Notes under the pieces: model-generated
What the model saw: only the letters and a program-made list of their open reading frames with translations
Told to the model about the DNA's origin: nothing
Database searches by the model: none
Translations under genes and position numbers: made by a program
Part shown: positions 17,501-25,637 of the stretch, piece by piece
Layout of the letters: each line of letters opens with the position of its first letter
How positions within the stretch are numbered: position 1 is the stretch's first letter
IMG/VR virus record: IMGVR_UViG_3300023240_000010
DNA: 64,000 nt
From: a virus
Strand: one strand, 5' to 3'

Positions 17501-19964
17501 AGATGCCAGTATATTCTACAGTATAGTCTGTTGAGTACTGCGCTTCATAATTACCAGAGTAGGTAGAAATATATTCTCCACCATAATCGCCTACATATAC
17601 TGTTTCGAACTCATCAGTGTATTGTGAAAGATAGTTTCCTGCATATACATTCTCATATCCAGCATCAAAGGTTGCTGTATAATCTGTCTCGAATCCGCCA
17701 ACATATACAGCATCAAACTGAGTAGTATAATTTGTTTCGTACTCTCCAGCATATGTTCCGAGATAATCGCTGATGTAATCACCAGCGTATAAATTTGTGT
17801 AAACACCTTCAAAGGCAGTTTCATAATCAGCAACAAAGTTGCCCTCATATGCCACTTCATCATACTCGCCTTCATATTGTGTAATATAGTCAGTTGTATA
17901 ATCCGACTCATATCCACTTGCATATGTTCCTAGATAATCACTGATGTAATCACCAAGATAGTTCTCTGCGAACTGACCTTCGTATTGTGAGTCGTAATCT
18001 GTTAGATATGTTCCAAGATAATCAGCAGTGAAGTCTCCAGCGTAAGTTGCTTGAAAGTCTCCTTCGTAGGAGTTATCATATACACCCTCATAACTTGCGC
18101 CGTAATCGCCTAGATAATCACCGTCATAAGTTCCAAGATAGTTACTGATGTAATCGCTGGTATAATCAGTAATGTAGTTTCCTGTGTATACATCATCGAT
18201 ATAGTTCGAGATATAGTTGCCAAGATATTCAGTCTGGAATCCACCAAGATAATCTGAAACATAGTTGCCTACATACTCTGTGCCAGAATAATCTGAAAGA
18301 TATGTGTTTGTGTAATCACTGATATAGTCTGTGTTGTAATCACTGATATAGTTACCAGTGTAATCAACAGATTCGTAGTCACTAGCATACTGTTCAATAA
18401 CAGCATCAGCATCATATGTGTTTTCATAATCACTAATGTAATCGGTGCCATCATAAGTAGGCACGTATTGATTAACGTAATCACCGAGATAGTTTTGTGT
18501 GTATTCTGTATTGTAATCGCCGAGGTAGTTCTGTGTGTAGTCACCCAGATAATCGCCATCGTATGTTGGAGTATATGAACCAGTATAATCACCGTCATAT
18601 GTTCCTAAGTATTCACCAGCAAATTCACCACTATATGTTGGTTCATAGTTGCCAGTATAAGTTGCTTCATAGTCGCCGAGATAGTCTTCTGTATACTGAG
18701 CAGTGTAAGTTTCTAGTGCTTGATAACCTGTATCATAATAGTATTCAAGTCTAGTATCAATTGCACTACCACGTGCTACCCATGTACCAGTATCTGTCGG
18801 TCGACCTTGAGTCGCTGAACGTAATTGATATTTACCAATACCAGTAGTTTCGACCGCTTTCTTTACTCGCTCACCAAACGTGAACTCTACTTCTGCATCG
18901 CTATGTTGTCTTAGTCCTGCCCATCCATTCTGAGCATTACGTGCAATATAAAGAGGTCTAATTACAGCAGGTTTAATGCCTGCTTGTCTGATCCATATAG
19001 AATAAGGTATAACAGTTCCATCGCCACGTGTGTCATTAAATACACTAGGAATAAACTGTACCCAATCAGCGCCAGGACTGTTCGCACTTAGACGATACGT
19101 ACCAGGCAACTCGTCTCGCATGATACGTATGACCAACTCTTCGCAAAATGCGTCAAGTTCTGCGTCATTCATCTCCTTAACACCGTTGGGCGTTAATGCT
19201 CTGCTCCAATATAATGGATTTTTCTTTAATGCACTAGTAGTATTAATAGGTTGTGATGCTGTTGTTACTTGATAAAGATCAGTCTGAACACCTATAGACT
19301 CCGGTGGTAAGGTCTCTTCGATTTCAATAGTAGGGAATACAATACTAGTGTTAGCAGTTTGTTTAGTTGTGTTTTGAACGTCAGTAGAGTTGGCAGTTAA
19401 AGTGAAGTTTAAAAGACCTACTTGAGTTGCTTTGATTTCGAATGTTGATTGATATGATCCTGAAAGACCACCGACAGTACTGAAGTCTTCCCACTCAACT
19501 CTTGTTCCATCAACTGAGTTAGCAGTAGGGGTTGTAGTAACGCCTTCGTTATCAAATAGTGCATCACCAGATACTGAAAGTTCGTGTCCGATCTCTTCAA
19601 ATCCAGTTACTGCGTCACCATTTACAACAACATAAACTGTATCGCCGACATATAGAGGAGACGGCATCTCACCCTGTGCGGTGAATATTGCGGTGTGTAT
19701 ACCAGTGCCAGGATTTGATCTATGTTCAACAGTGAAATTGACTGTGTAAAATGTGCCTGGTGTATCACCGACAGAGGTTTCGAAGAAGGTGTCGGTGAAA
19801 GTGCCGACAGCAGTTGCTCCACTACTCGTAGTAGTCAGAGCAGAAACATCGACATTGGTCATTTTTCCAAGATGTACTCCCGCCTGATACGCCAGATAAT
19901 CTATATCGAGCGTAGCGAGTTCTTGAAGTGCACCAGTTGCTAGGTGTTTTAACGGTAAGGACAT
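11520..19964 (-). CDS. Giant acidic Tyr-periodic repeat protein, probably a virion fibre
   Basis: 2814-aa ORF with a ~405-aa globular N-terminus, two ~1100-aa arms with Y/F every fourth residue, a central unique domain and a short C-terminal ETYTLYVRVA strand; TATAAATA upstream. Confidence 0.85.
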   Translation of the reverse strand: MSLPLKHLATGALQELATLDIDYLAYQAGVHLGKMTNVDVSALTTTSSGATAVGTFTDTFFETSVGDTPGTFYTVNFTVEHRSNPGTGIHTAIFTAQGEMPSPLYVGDTVYVVVNGDAVTGFEEIGHELSVSGDALFDNEGVTTTPTANSVDGTRVEWEDFSTVGGLSGSYQSTFEIKATQVGLLNFTLTANSTDVQNTTKQTANTSIVFPTIEIEETLPPESIGVQTDLYQVTTASQPINTTSALKKNPLYWSRALTPNGVKEMNDAELDAFCEELVIRIMRDELPGTYRLSANSPGADWVQFIPSVFNDTRGDGTVIPYSIWIRQAGIKPAVIRPLYIARNAQNGWAGLRQHSDAEVEFTFGERVKKAVETTGIGKYQLRSATQGRPTDTGTWVARGSAIDTRLEYYYDTGYQALETYTAQYTEDYLGDYEATYTGNYEPTYSGEFAGEYLGTYDGDYTGSYTPTYDGDYLGDYTQNYLGDYNTEYTQNYLGDYVNQYVPTYDGTDYISDYENTYDADAVIEQYASDYESVDYTGNYISDYNTDYISDYTNTYLSDYSGTEYVGNYVSDYLGGFQTEYLGNYISNYIDDVYTGNYITDYTSDYISNYLGTYDGDYLGDYGASYEGVYDNSYEGDFQATYAGDFTADYLGTYLTDYDSQYEGQFAENYLGDYISDYLGTYASGYESDYTTDYITQYEGEYDEVAYEGNFVADYETAFEGVYTNLYAGDYISDYLGTYAGEYETNYTTQFDAVYVGGFETDYTATFDAGYENVYAGNYLSQYTDEFETVYVGDYGGEYISTYSGNYEAQYSTDYTVEYTGIYTGDYISDYLGDYISPYDGTEYVSDYVSTYESEYGGQFETLYTGVFDGVEYQGNYASQYVGNYIGLYNTEYATDYQGTDYISTYEETYVGDYLGNYDSAYVSVYDAQAYIAEFETTYTGEYSGLFTASFIGEYDSTTYLSVYDSSYIGDYIGTFSQNFAASFDGIPYVGAFESDYLGNYVGQFTGQFAASFAGSAYTSIFTAQYATDYVSDFSASFTANYDAGTYAGDYISSYASSYTGSFSATFSGEYDSQAYETQFAATYTGNYIGLYNTDYLGDYDSSGYISNFTVDYTGNYSGAFNATFLGTYDSTNYTNEFETVYSGDYLGNFTASFQGAYDRANYLTQYEGIYTGDYSGAFTATFLGTYDRASYTREYEQIYTGDYEGAFTANYLASYDRIDYATQFTGGYTGGVPESFSATFLGSYDRLDYASQYTGQYVGQVGQTENVSYTGNYDGGIYTSTFTGQYVGQIGESENTTNQESFDRGQYATQFTGQYTGQISENLDTVNAENYDRQNYNTQFTGNYVGGVGESINELFTGSFERGSYQAAYTGQYTGVVGESINETFQGSYDRADYATQFTGGYTRIQSENITDGVNEVIQENYTGNFVGQYIGQISETQQTAINETFAANYVAAYTGQYIGQVQETIQSTYTGTYTGGYTGGYQGGYTGQVQETQQTGISEAITQSTNESFTSTVNYTGNNYTDSTTMVTGYYTNLYLTQYSIGFNPTPSGYSGGNQSAGNSMADTYWSPINATVHALTKNESFGVAPGPYVTLTFTSALSTTQRNSWYGIIIWWYGSGSGAPVSGAPAYGTTADRNGYTFLRASATYANNYYGTAFTWTGANGPVSTLTWSPFGQPPSAFPANSGWQVGVIANSPTTTNYAVGGGTYTGQYSGQYTGVYTGGYTGGYERTAQEVISQTTQEGIQQSYTGGYTGGYERAENTTRSATYEGNFTGQYTGGYVGLYERAQNETRTAVFEGTYTGQYLGVYTGAYQGDVQEQFTANYTGTFEGDYVGQYAGGYQRAQNQTRTSDYLGDYIGQYLGQYLGVYDRDDAANYASDYLGTFIGNYTGQYTGLYERAQDEQFTANYDGTYTGGYTGQYAGLYERAQNENFSANYIPTFEGSFDSAYVGLYERAQNETFNAQYIGTFEGDYLSQYLGAYERVQDQQFTANYLGTFNANYATQYTGSFAANFATQYVSQYIGTFDGDYASQYEGGFSQNFTGQFGVNYLGTFDGDYASQYEGSFAQSFAGTYATDYLGTFEGNYVSQYEGSFAVVYTGDFSAQYLGTFLGNYVASYEGNFAANFGAQFSAQYIGTFVGEYLSEYEGAFGATYEGNYVSDYIETYTSDYVSQYQSNFITQYQGDFEGSYTDDYTGEYSSQYESEFTATFTGTYNVDYIDTYVSQYLSSYDGAFQEQYEGTYDSEYLGTFLGDYGSAYESDFSANFEGTYASDYVDTYDGDYISVYEGAFQESFIGTYDGNFTGTYGTGYITDYEGAFLVDYLGDYISGYVETYEGQYLTQYEGSYASQYDGNYVSAYISTYDGNFTENYAGNFTDVYISDIYAGDYISQYSDDYISDYDSGYEGDFQENYAGTYGTAYDGDYISDYATVYTTDYDGAIYAGTYDSNYLNQYESTFVAQYTGEYDDIDYAGNYVSDFETDYTGFYNTDYTGDYQSPYTATYSGFYETEYLTTYASEYTSNYDDIDYAGNYVSLYIGDFIGQYTSTYETAYDDQVYVGNYVSDYVGDYSGDYVTDYSGVYEEQNYLGNYVSTYDDIEYEGNYISDYTTDYLVDFEGNYLGDYNTIYEGTYESVYAGDFLQGFDGVYEGGFDSTYAGDYGTTYAGDYESNYTLTYVGDYLGDYTPSYSTLYAGNYTGTYDANAVDESYTVDYIEQTYDTDYSVDYQEDVYLGNYIDTFEGADVSETYVSSYDDVDYSTDYTSDYQDVEVLENYEDTNYIGTYTQDYTIDYQTSILYGVGGKLLANPVQIETYTLYVRVA
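13400..14700 (-). repeat. Coding tandem repeats with 84-nt (28-aa) period
   Basis: tgcgcacgttcatatagtcc recurs at 14101, 14185, 14269 and 14605 (multiples of 84). A near-identical ~34-nt block occurs near 13788 and 13872. Confidence 0.9.
15740..17200 (-). repeat. Coding tandem repeats with 87-nt (29-aa) period
   Basis: Consecutive 29-aa units, e.g. YDSTTYLSVYDSSYIGDYIGTFSQNFAAS and YDRANYLTQYEGIYTGDYSGAFTATFLGT. Confidence 0.85.
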
Positions 19965-19995
19965 AAATCAGTCATCTTAGGTCAGTTGTTTCATT

Positions 19996-20003
19996 TATTT
20001 ATA
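19996..20003 (-). promoter_or_regulatory. T4-type late promoter TATAAATA for the giant Tyr-rich gene
   Basis: tatttata at 19996-20003, 32 nt upstream of the ATG at 19964. Confidence 0.85.
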
Positions 20004-20229
20004 TGCTTCTGGAAAGCAATAATGCGAGAGCGTCCTTTATTTCACACATATCTTTCTGAAGCGTTTCTACTGTTTTCACTAAGTCTGTCTGATCTTTTTG
20101 TTGTTGTCCTCTTATTTTTTTCTGTCTCTGGGCAAGTTCGATCTCGTGAGCATTTACGTTTATTAACGCATTAGACTCCATATCTCGAACTAACCCAGGA
20201 ACACCCTCTACTTTGACGTAGCGCGACAT
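19999..20229 (-). CDS. Small conserved T4-like protein (coiled-coil C-terminus)
   Basis: MSRYVKVEGVPGLVRDMESNALIN...; start moved to 20229 (TAATG overlap with the upstream gene). Confidence 0.7.
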   Translation of the reverse strand: MSRYVKVEGVPGLVRDMESNALINVNAHEIELAQRQKKIRGQQQKDQTDLVKTVETLQKDMCEIKDALALLLSRSI

Positions 20230-23200
20230 TAACTTGCTAACCACTTAACTACTACACTACCTATGGTTGCAGGTGTTGCAGGATTAGTACCCGTGGTAAT
20301 TATCTTAGTCTGTGCTTGTGTGAATGGATTCAGTGTACCTGCAACACCGCCTGCAAGAAACTTAACTCTGCGACTTTGACCATCTTTAACAATAATGTTA
20401 AATTCTGGTTGAAGTATCCAGGACAGTTCACTAAGATTCTGATCTGAAGTACCTACACGATAGTAGACAAGTACACTACCTGTTGGTGGTATTGATAAGT
20501 CAGCACTAATTTCAATACCGATAGCAGGTGATTCAAGAACGACTGGTTTCATAATATGTGCAGAACTTGAACTCGCTCCCGACGATGCTGTATTAGCAAC
20601 ATTGTAGATGTGAGGAGTAACCGATGGATCATCAATCAAGTTATTTACAGTGACCAAAGATGATCGTTGTAAGTCAATGATTGGTGAGACATAATCGTTA
20701 GCACTCTTCATGTCAACTTTAAAGAAAGTAGAAGAAGTGAATGTTGCAACACCTTCGCCAGTCCTATCAGAATCAACTTCAAACTGATTGTACAGAGTGT
20801 ATGTAGCAGCAAGATCAGTGTTAGTCTTAGGAGTAATTCTAGTGAAGTTAGCATCCTGTGCGAATCGTGTCTCCGTACCAGAGATAGATCGTCCAGTAGT
20901 AAACTTACCGGACACATCAATCGAAGTAGAGTTAGGAATAATCGACTCGATAATTGGATTAACTACTGAGAAGTTTATGTTGCCTTGTGACAATACTCTT
21001 TCGCCACCACCAGTTGCAGTCGATGTTGCAGTAACAGGATTAGAAGGACTAATTTCAAATCTGTAACCGTACATATCAACATCGATAACTTGATGTGATC
21101 CACTCAACTGCTCGGCAGTGAATCCGCCTGTTGCAGTAGCACTATCAATGTTAGCACCGTCACCTGCACGTAGACCATGATTGACATGTCGAACGTAAAT
21201 GTTGGCAGAACTGTTTACAGTTTGAATTGGATTCTCTTCAAGCAGTTTAGAAGGCACAACGGCATTCTTCAGTATCAAACTACCGTTAGCACCACCGCCA
21301 GAACCGAACACTGCACGAGTAACTTTAAACATTAAGTCTTCGTTCAAAGACTTCTCCCAGTTCTTACCGTTCTGTGGCAAGAAGAGATAACCCGGAGTCT
21401 GTGTGCTGTTGAATCTACCAGTCGTGTTGATAACTGACTCGCTAGTTCTTGCACTAAACAACTCATATTCAGTTGACTGTGAAGTAACTACAATAGCATA
21501 GTCTTGTCCTGGTGCCAAGTAAACAGGTTCATCGAATACGAATGACGTTCCGTTACCTTGAATAGTAACTAACTGACTAGAGAGTTCCGAAACAATAACA
21601 TTTGCGCGGTTGACAAATACTTGTGAATCTGGTACCATAGTACTGTAAGAAGGTTTACCATTCTCGACAGGTCGAATATGTATAGAAACGGGCAGAGATA
21701 CATTAGCAGGTTTCGACTTAAAGAACAACTCGACTTTAGTTAGTGTAACACCAAACTCGTTGTTGACTTTAAATGTCTGTGCTAAAGGATTCATCGGAGT
21801 AGAGATTGCTTTTGTACCGAGAACAGAAGCAAACTGTGCCTGATTCACATTGATATAGTCGGACAGAACCTTAGACATATCTTGATTATTAGCAAGTGTC
21901 TGTAATGCTGCCGCGTTTAATGTAGCGCCGTCAGGACTATATAATCCAGATAATCTAGGATCAATAATACTTACTGAACTAGCAGGTATAGAATCAAGAA
22001 CCTTCTTCATCTCTTTTGCAGAATACAATCTATGTCTATAGTTGTAAGGATACAGATAACTATGACCACGTGTAAATGATAGAGGGTTGTACCAAGTCCA
22101 AGGCAACAGTCCTTTAACAGTGTAGTGTGCGAATGCTTTACTATTAGCGCCTGCCCAATCATTTACATTAATATCGAGAAGTTTAAACTCTCGCGCGCCT
22201 GATCTGAATCGTAGATAATACTTACTATATCGTCCACGATACTTAGTAGTAGCAACTTCATACTTTGGAGTGAGGTTAGGTATGAAGAATGATCCAATAA
22301 CTTCACCGTTAGCATCAGCAATAAGTTCGCTTGTGCCGTCAGGATGACCAAGAACTGCTGAGTGTGTTAACTTGTTACCAATTTCATCTGCTCTATCAGA
22401 CCACTGAAGGAATGAAGACTCTGATTTACACCATACCGAAACATCAGTACCGTCAAAGAACGGAGTGAACTTAGTGTTAGGAGTCAGACCTTGTGCTTTA
22501 AAGTAAATCTTTCGTGAGCGAATCCATGGTACAAATGCAACATCGATAGTCTTTTCACCGACAACATTACGTAAAGTCTCGCCAGCAATGATACGTCTAA
22601 CTATTCCAGAATCGTTTATTCCATATTTCGTTTTCAGAGTTCTAAGAGCGAACGCTTTTGATCTGCCTGAACCAGTACGAAGAGTCTGAGATAACTTAGC
22701 AATCTCTGTATTCTCTTTCGCAGTACGACCCTGCCAGTTCCACTGCCAGTTGTTCCATAAGAATGCTTGCTTACCGAATAGTCTTCCTGCACCAGCAAGA
22801 GACTTAGCGGCATTTTGAATAGACTCTTTCCACTCATCAGTTGACGGTGATAATTTCAAAGTGCCTACGTTGTCAACAAGACCGAACGGATTGATTTTAA
22901 CTGTTCTTGATGCAAGACTTTGATCGACCCAGTTCGCTTCAGTGTGAGCAAGATAGACATTATCGCCTTTCTTGACAACACCCGACGATGCCGTAGCATC
23001 AAAGATTAGACGCATATTACCTTCATCGAATGAAGGACGTACTAAACGATTTTCAGGATCAATTGCTGCCTTATAGTCAGGAGATTCTACTTCAGCATTA
23101 GTCTGATCGGCATGTTCATCTACTTGCATACCACTAATGATACGTAGTACACCCGCACTATCAAGAACATTGTCCATTCTTGCTTCAAGTTCTGCAATGC

Positions 23201-25625
23201 TCAATTGAGTTGACTCTTCAAGAGCATCTAACTTACGATCAATATCGCCAATATCTTTCATTGTGTAACCGCGTTGTTGTGCGGTAGGAACAATTACTAA
23301 ATCGTCTTCGTTAATCGTGTTGCCGTTAAGAACGATCTTATACAATTCCATCGAATGCATAGGAGTTTCTTTGAACTGAGGTTCACGCGCTTGTTGACCC
23401 ATTAGCACCTGAATTTCTCCTTCAGGTGTAATAATTACTTTGTCTGCACGAGGTAGATAATAGTCAATATTAGCAGTTATATTAGTGCCGACTCTAGGCA
23501 AAGCATTAATATTAGTTACTGCACTATCGATACCGTTTCTATCCGGTCTGAAGTCAACTACATCTCGTAGATCGACTGTATTACCAGTAATTGAAGTGTG
23601 TATAGGAATATCTTTGTAAGGAACATTGTACGAAGAAGGAGCGAAGAAGTCGCCACTGCCTCGTGCAAAATACTTGTATGCAACATATATGTCGCCCGCA
23701 GGAACTGCGTGACCATCTTTAAGCGTCAAAGTGCCATCAGCGTAGAAGTTGTCTCTTTGTCCATCGTCAAGTACTACTGCACCAGAAAGATCGAACCCAG
23801 AACTAGAACTCTGTCTTACTGAGTCAACAGAGTAAATATCAGGAACCTGCATATCGAATATTGTACGACCAGAAGAGTCAGTGACGCTAGGCAAAATTGC
23901 GGTTGCTGATGTAAGAGTCTTTGTACGAATCGCTCCAGTCTTTTGAACATAGGCAAGAACTTCATATGCTCCTGATGCACTAGCAAGACTTGATATAGCA
24001 GCATCTCTGCCACCATTAGTAATAGAGATTGTATAAGTGCTAGGTGCTTCGAATACAGCACTGCCAAGACTTACAATCCATAAAGACGAATCGACATATG
24101 ATTGACCCGAAGGTAACTGATCTAGTGTAACAGTATTAGTAGAGGCAGTTTTTGCTTGTCTAACTTGCTTCGATAGAATAATATCCGAAAGAGACTCTAC
24201 ACGAGAAAATGGTGCATTAAACAATGCTGTGTTATTATTAGTAGTTTCGTTTAGAACTGCCGCGCCGCCAGTAAGAAGTTCGACATCAAAATAATCTGAG
24301 GTCGCAGTACCGATGCTTTTTACTTCAGCAAGACTTTCATTTGCAAATACTTTAACATCGTATACATAAACTTTAAACTTAGTGCCATAAGGTTCTACTG
24401 CACGAATACGACAAGTACCTATGTCCGTACCACTACCACCATAACCAGTAGCATTCCATAAGTCAACTCTAGCATGATCGAGATTAGGAAGACCTCTGTT
24501 AGTTGTACATACAAAGTAGTTGCCGTAGTTGACACCGATAACATCATTTGCTACTGTTTCAGTTTCTACTGGTCGTGGTAGACTAAGAGTGACAGGAGAT
24601 TGATTCTCTACACGATAACCATTAACGTATGCAGTGCCTTCACTAATATTAAGTTCAAGATTTTCATCAACGCCGTTGTCATTATCAGAGACGTGGACAA
24701 TGAATGGTTCAACAACATAATCACCAGACTCTTCTTTGGTTCGTAGCGCAAGAAGTTCTTCGATTTTAGCATAAGCGTCACTTGATTGTAGTTGCTCGCT
24801 GATCGAAGAGTTTTCAACTTCAGCAAGATATACAAAGGTGTCGTTTGCATCAACTAAGTCTTTAGTAGTCAGTTCTAGTTTAATCTGAAGTCTGTCAGCA
24901 CCAGGAGATGCTGTATTAACAATACCGTTCGCGTTGTCATAAAGTGTATCTGTGTCAGTAACAGTTACTACTTGCTGTACGACTTTAAAACCAACAGTTG
25001 CGTTAATGTTATCGCTAGTGTAAGATGAGAGAATAATAGACTGTTCTTGTGTATGAACGAAACGACCCAGCGCGAAGAAATCACCTTCTGCGACTGTAAA
25101 CTTAGCACCATATCCTGTCGCACCAGGAGTCTCTGTTACTAATTCGTATGCACTAGTAGTAGCAAACTGCTGGACTAGTGTTTCGTTATCACCGAATGTG
25201 GTTATCGAAGATGTTGCGAGAGCATTACCACCGTTGATATACTCGACAAATAATGTATCGAACGTCTGAGTGCCATGAGCAGGTATTGCTTGAATGACCT
25301 GAGCAGAAACATTAGTAGCAGTATTCTTCAGAATAGTGCCGCGCGGTATATCTCCGAAAGAACCGCCCTGATTCGTAGAGGCGATCTTTACGAAGTGATA
25401 AGCGTTATTAATACTGCAACCACCTCCAGATACTACTGCACCTTCTTTAAAGATGTTTCTACCCAATCGACCCATCTCTTCATAGATAAGAGTTTGCATC
25501 TGAGTGAGTTCTCGCGACTGAAGTGCGCGACCGCTGTTAAACAATATCTGATGATAGTTGTCATCAGCATTGTAATCGTCTGCATAACTTCCAGATAACG
25601 TATTAGATGTGAATATATTTGCCAT
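20229..25625 (-). CDS. Large virion structural protein, DUF4815 / VrlC-like
   Basis: YADDY..DNYHQILFNSGRALQSRELTQMQT, ASPGADRL, RTKEESGDYVV, YYLPRADK, PLAQTF, SPIIDLQR motifs; follows gp8 as in marine T4-likes. Confidence 0.85.
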   Translation of the reverse strand: MANIFTSNTLSGSYADDYNADDNYHQILFNSGRALQSRELTQMQTLIYEEMGRLGRNIFKEGAVVSGGGCSINNAYHFVKIASTNQGGSFGDIPRGTILKNTATNVSAQVIQAIPAHGTQTFDTLFVEYINGGNALATSSITTFGDNETLVQQFATTSAYELVTETPGATGYGAKFTVAEGDFFALGRFVHTQEQSIILSSYTSDNINATVGFKVVQQVVTVTDTDTLYDNANGIVNTASPGADRLQIKLELTTKDLVDANDTFVYLAEVENSSISEQLQSSDAYAKIEELLALRTKEESGDYVVEPFIVHVSDNDNGVDENLELNISEGTAYVNGYRVENQSPVTLSLPRPVETETVANDVIGVNYGNYFVCTTNRGLPNLDHARVDLWNATGYGGSGTDIGTCRIRAVEPYGTKFKVYVYDVKVFANESLAEVKSIGTATSDYFDVELLTGGAAVLNETTNNNTALFNAPFSRVESLSDIILSKQVRQAKTASTNTVTLDQLPSGQSYVDSSLWIVSLGSAVFEAPSTYTISITNGGRDAAISSLASASGAYEVLAYVQKTGAIRTKTLTSATAILPSVTDSSGRTIFDMQVPDIYSVDSVRQSSSSGFDLSGAVVLDDGQRDNFYADGTLTLKDGHAVPAGDIYVAYKYFARGSGDFFAPSSYNVPYKDIPIHTSITGNTVDLRDVVDFRPDRNGIDSAVTNINALPRVGTNITANIDYYLPRADKVIITPEGEIQVLMGQQAREPQFKETPMHSMELYKIVLNGNTINEDDLVIVPTAQQRGYTMKDIGDIDRKLDALEESTQLSIAELEARMDNVLDSAGVLRIISGMQVDEHADQTNAEVESPDYKAAIDPENRLVRPSFDEGNMRLIFDATASSGVVKKGDNVYLAHTEANWVDQSLASRTVKINPFGLVDNVGTLKLSPSTDEWKESIQNAAKSLAGAGRLFGKQAFLWNNWQWNWQGRTAKENTEIAKLSQTLRTGSGRSKAFALRTLKTKYGINDSGIVRRIIAGETLRNVVGEKTIDVAFVPWIRSRKIYFKAQGLTPNTKFTPFFDGTDVSVWCKSESSFLQWSDRADEIGNKLTHSAVLGHPDGTSELIADANGEVIGSFFIPNLTPKYEVATTKYRGRYSKYYLRFRSGAREFKLLDINVNDWAGANSKAFAHYTVKGLLPWTWYNPLSFTRGHSYLYPYNYRHRLYSAKEMKKVLDSIPASSVSIIDPRLSGLYSPDGATLNAAALQTLANNQDMSKVLSDYINVNQAQFASVLGTKAISTPMNPLAQTFKVNNEFGVTLTKVELFFKSKPANVSLPVSIHIRPVENGKPSYSTMVPDSQVFVNRANVIVSELSSQLVTIQGNGTSFVFDEPVYLAPGQDYAIVVTSQSTEYELFSARTSESVINTTGRFNSTQTPGYLFLPQNGKNWEKSLNEDLMFKVTRAVFGSGGGANGSLILKNAVVPSKLLEENPIQTVNSSANIYVRHVNHGLRAGDGANIDSATATGGFTAEQLSGSHQVIDVDMYGYRFEISPSNPVTATSTATGGGERVLSQGNINFSVVNPIIESIIPNSTSIDVSGKFTTGRSISGTETRFAQDANFTRITPKTNTDLAATYTLYNQFEVDSDRTGEGVATFTSSTFFKVDMKSANDYVSPIIDLQRSSLVTVNNLIDDPSVTPHIYNVANTASSGASSSSAHIMKPVVLESPAIGIEISADLSIPPTGSVLVYYRVGTSDQNLSELSWILQPEFNIIVKDGQSRRVKFLAGGVAGTLNPFTQAQTKIITTGTNPATPATIGSVVVKWLAS

Positions 25626-25637
25626 GTTTTTAGTCTC

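Noticed and set aside
12020-19943. Many 60-236-aa ORFs in alternative frames or strands inside the giant gene
   Set aside because: These are shadow ORFs produced by repeat codon bias (TAT-Gxx gives many ATGs); they show no RBS or family motifs.
11520-19964. Ice-nucleation protein, RTX or pentapeptide-repeat identity for the giant protein
   Set aside because: It lacks AGYGST/TxT octamers, GGxGxDxL nonamers and A(D/N)Lxx pentamers; the base period is 4 with 28/29 super-periods.
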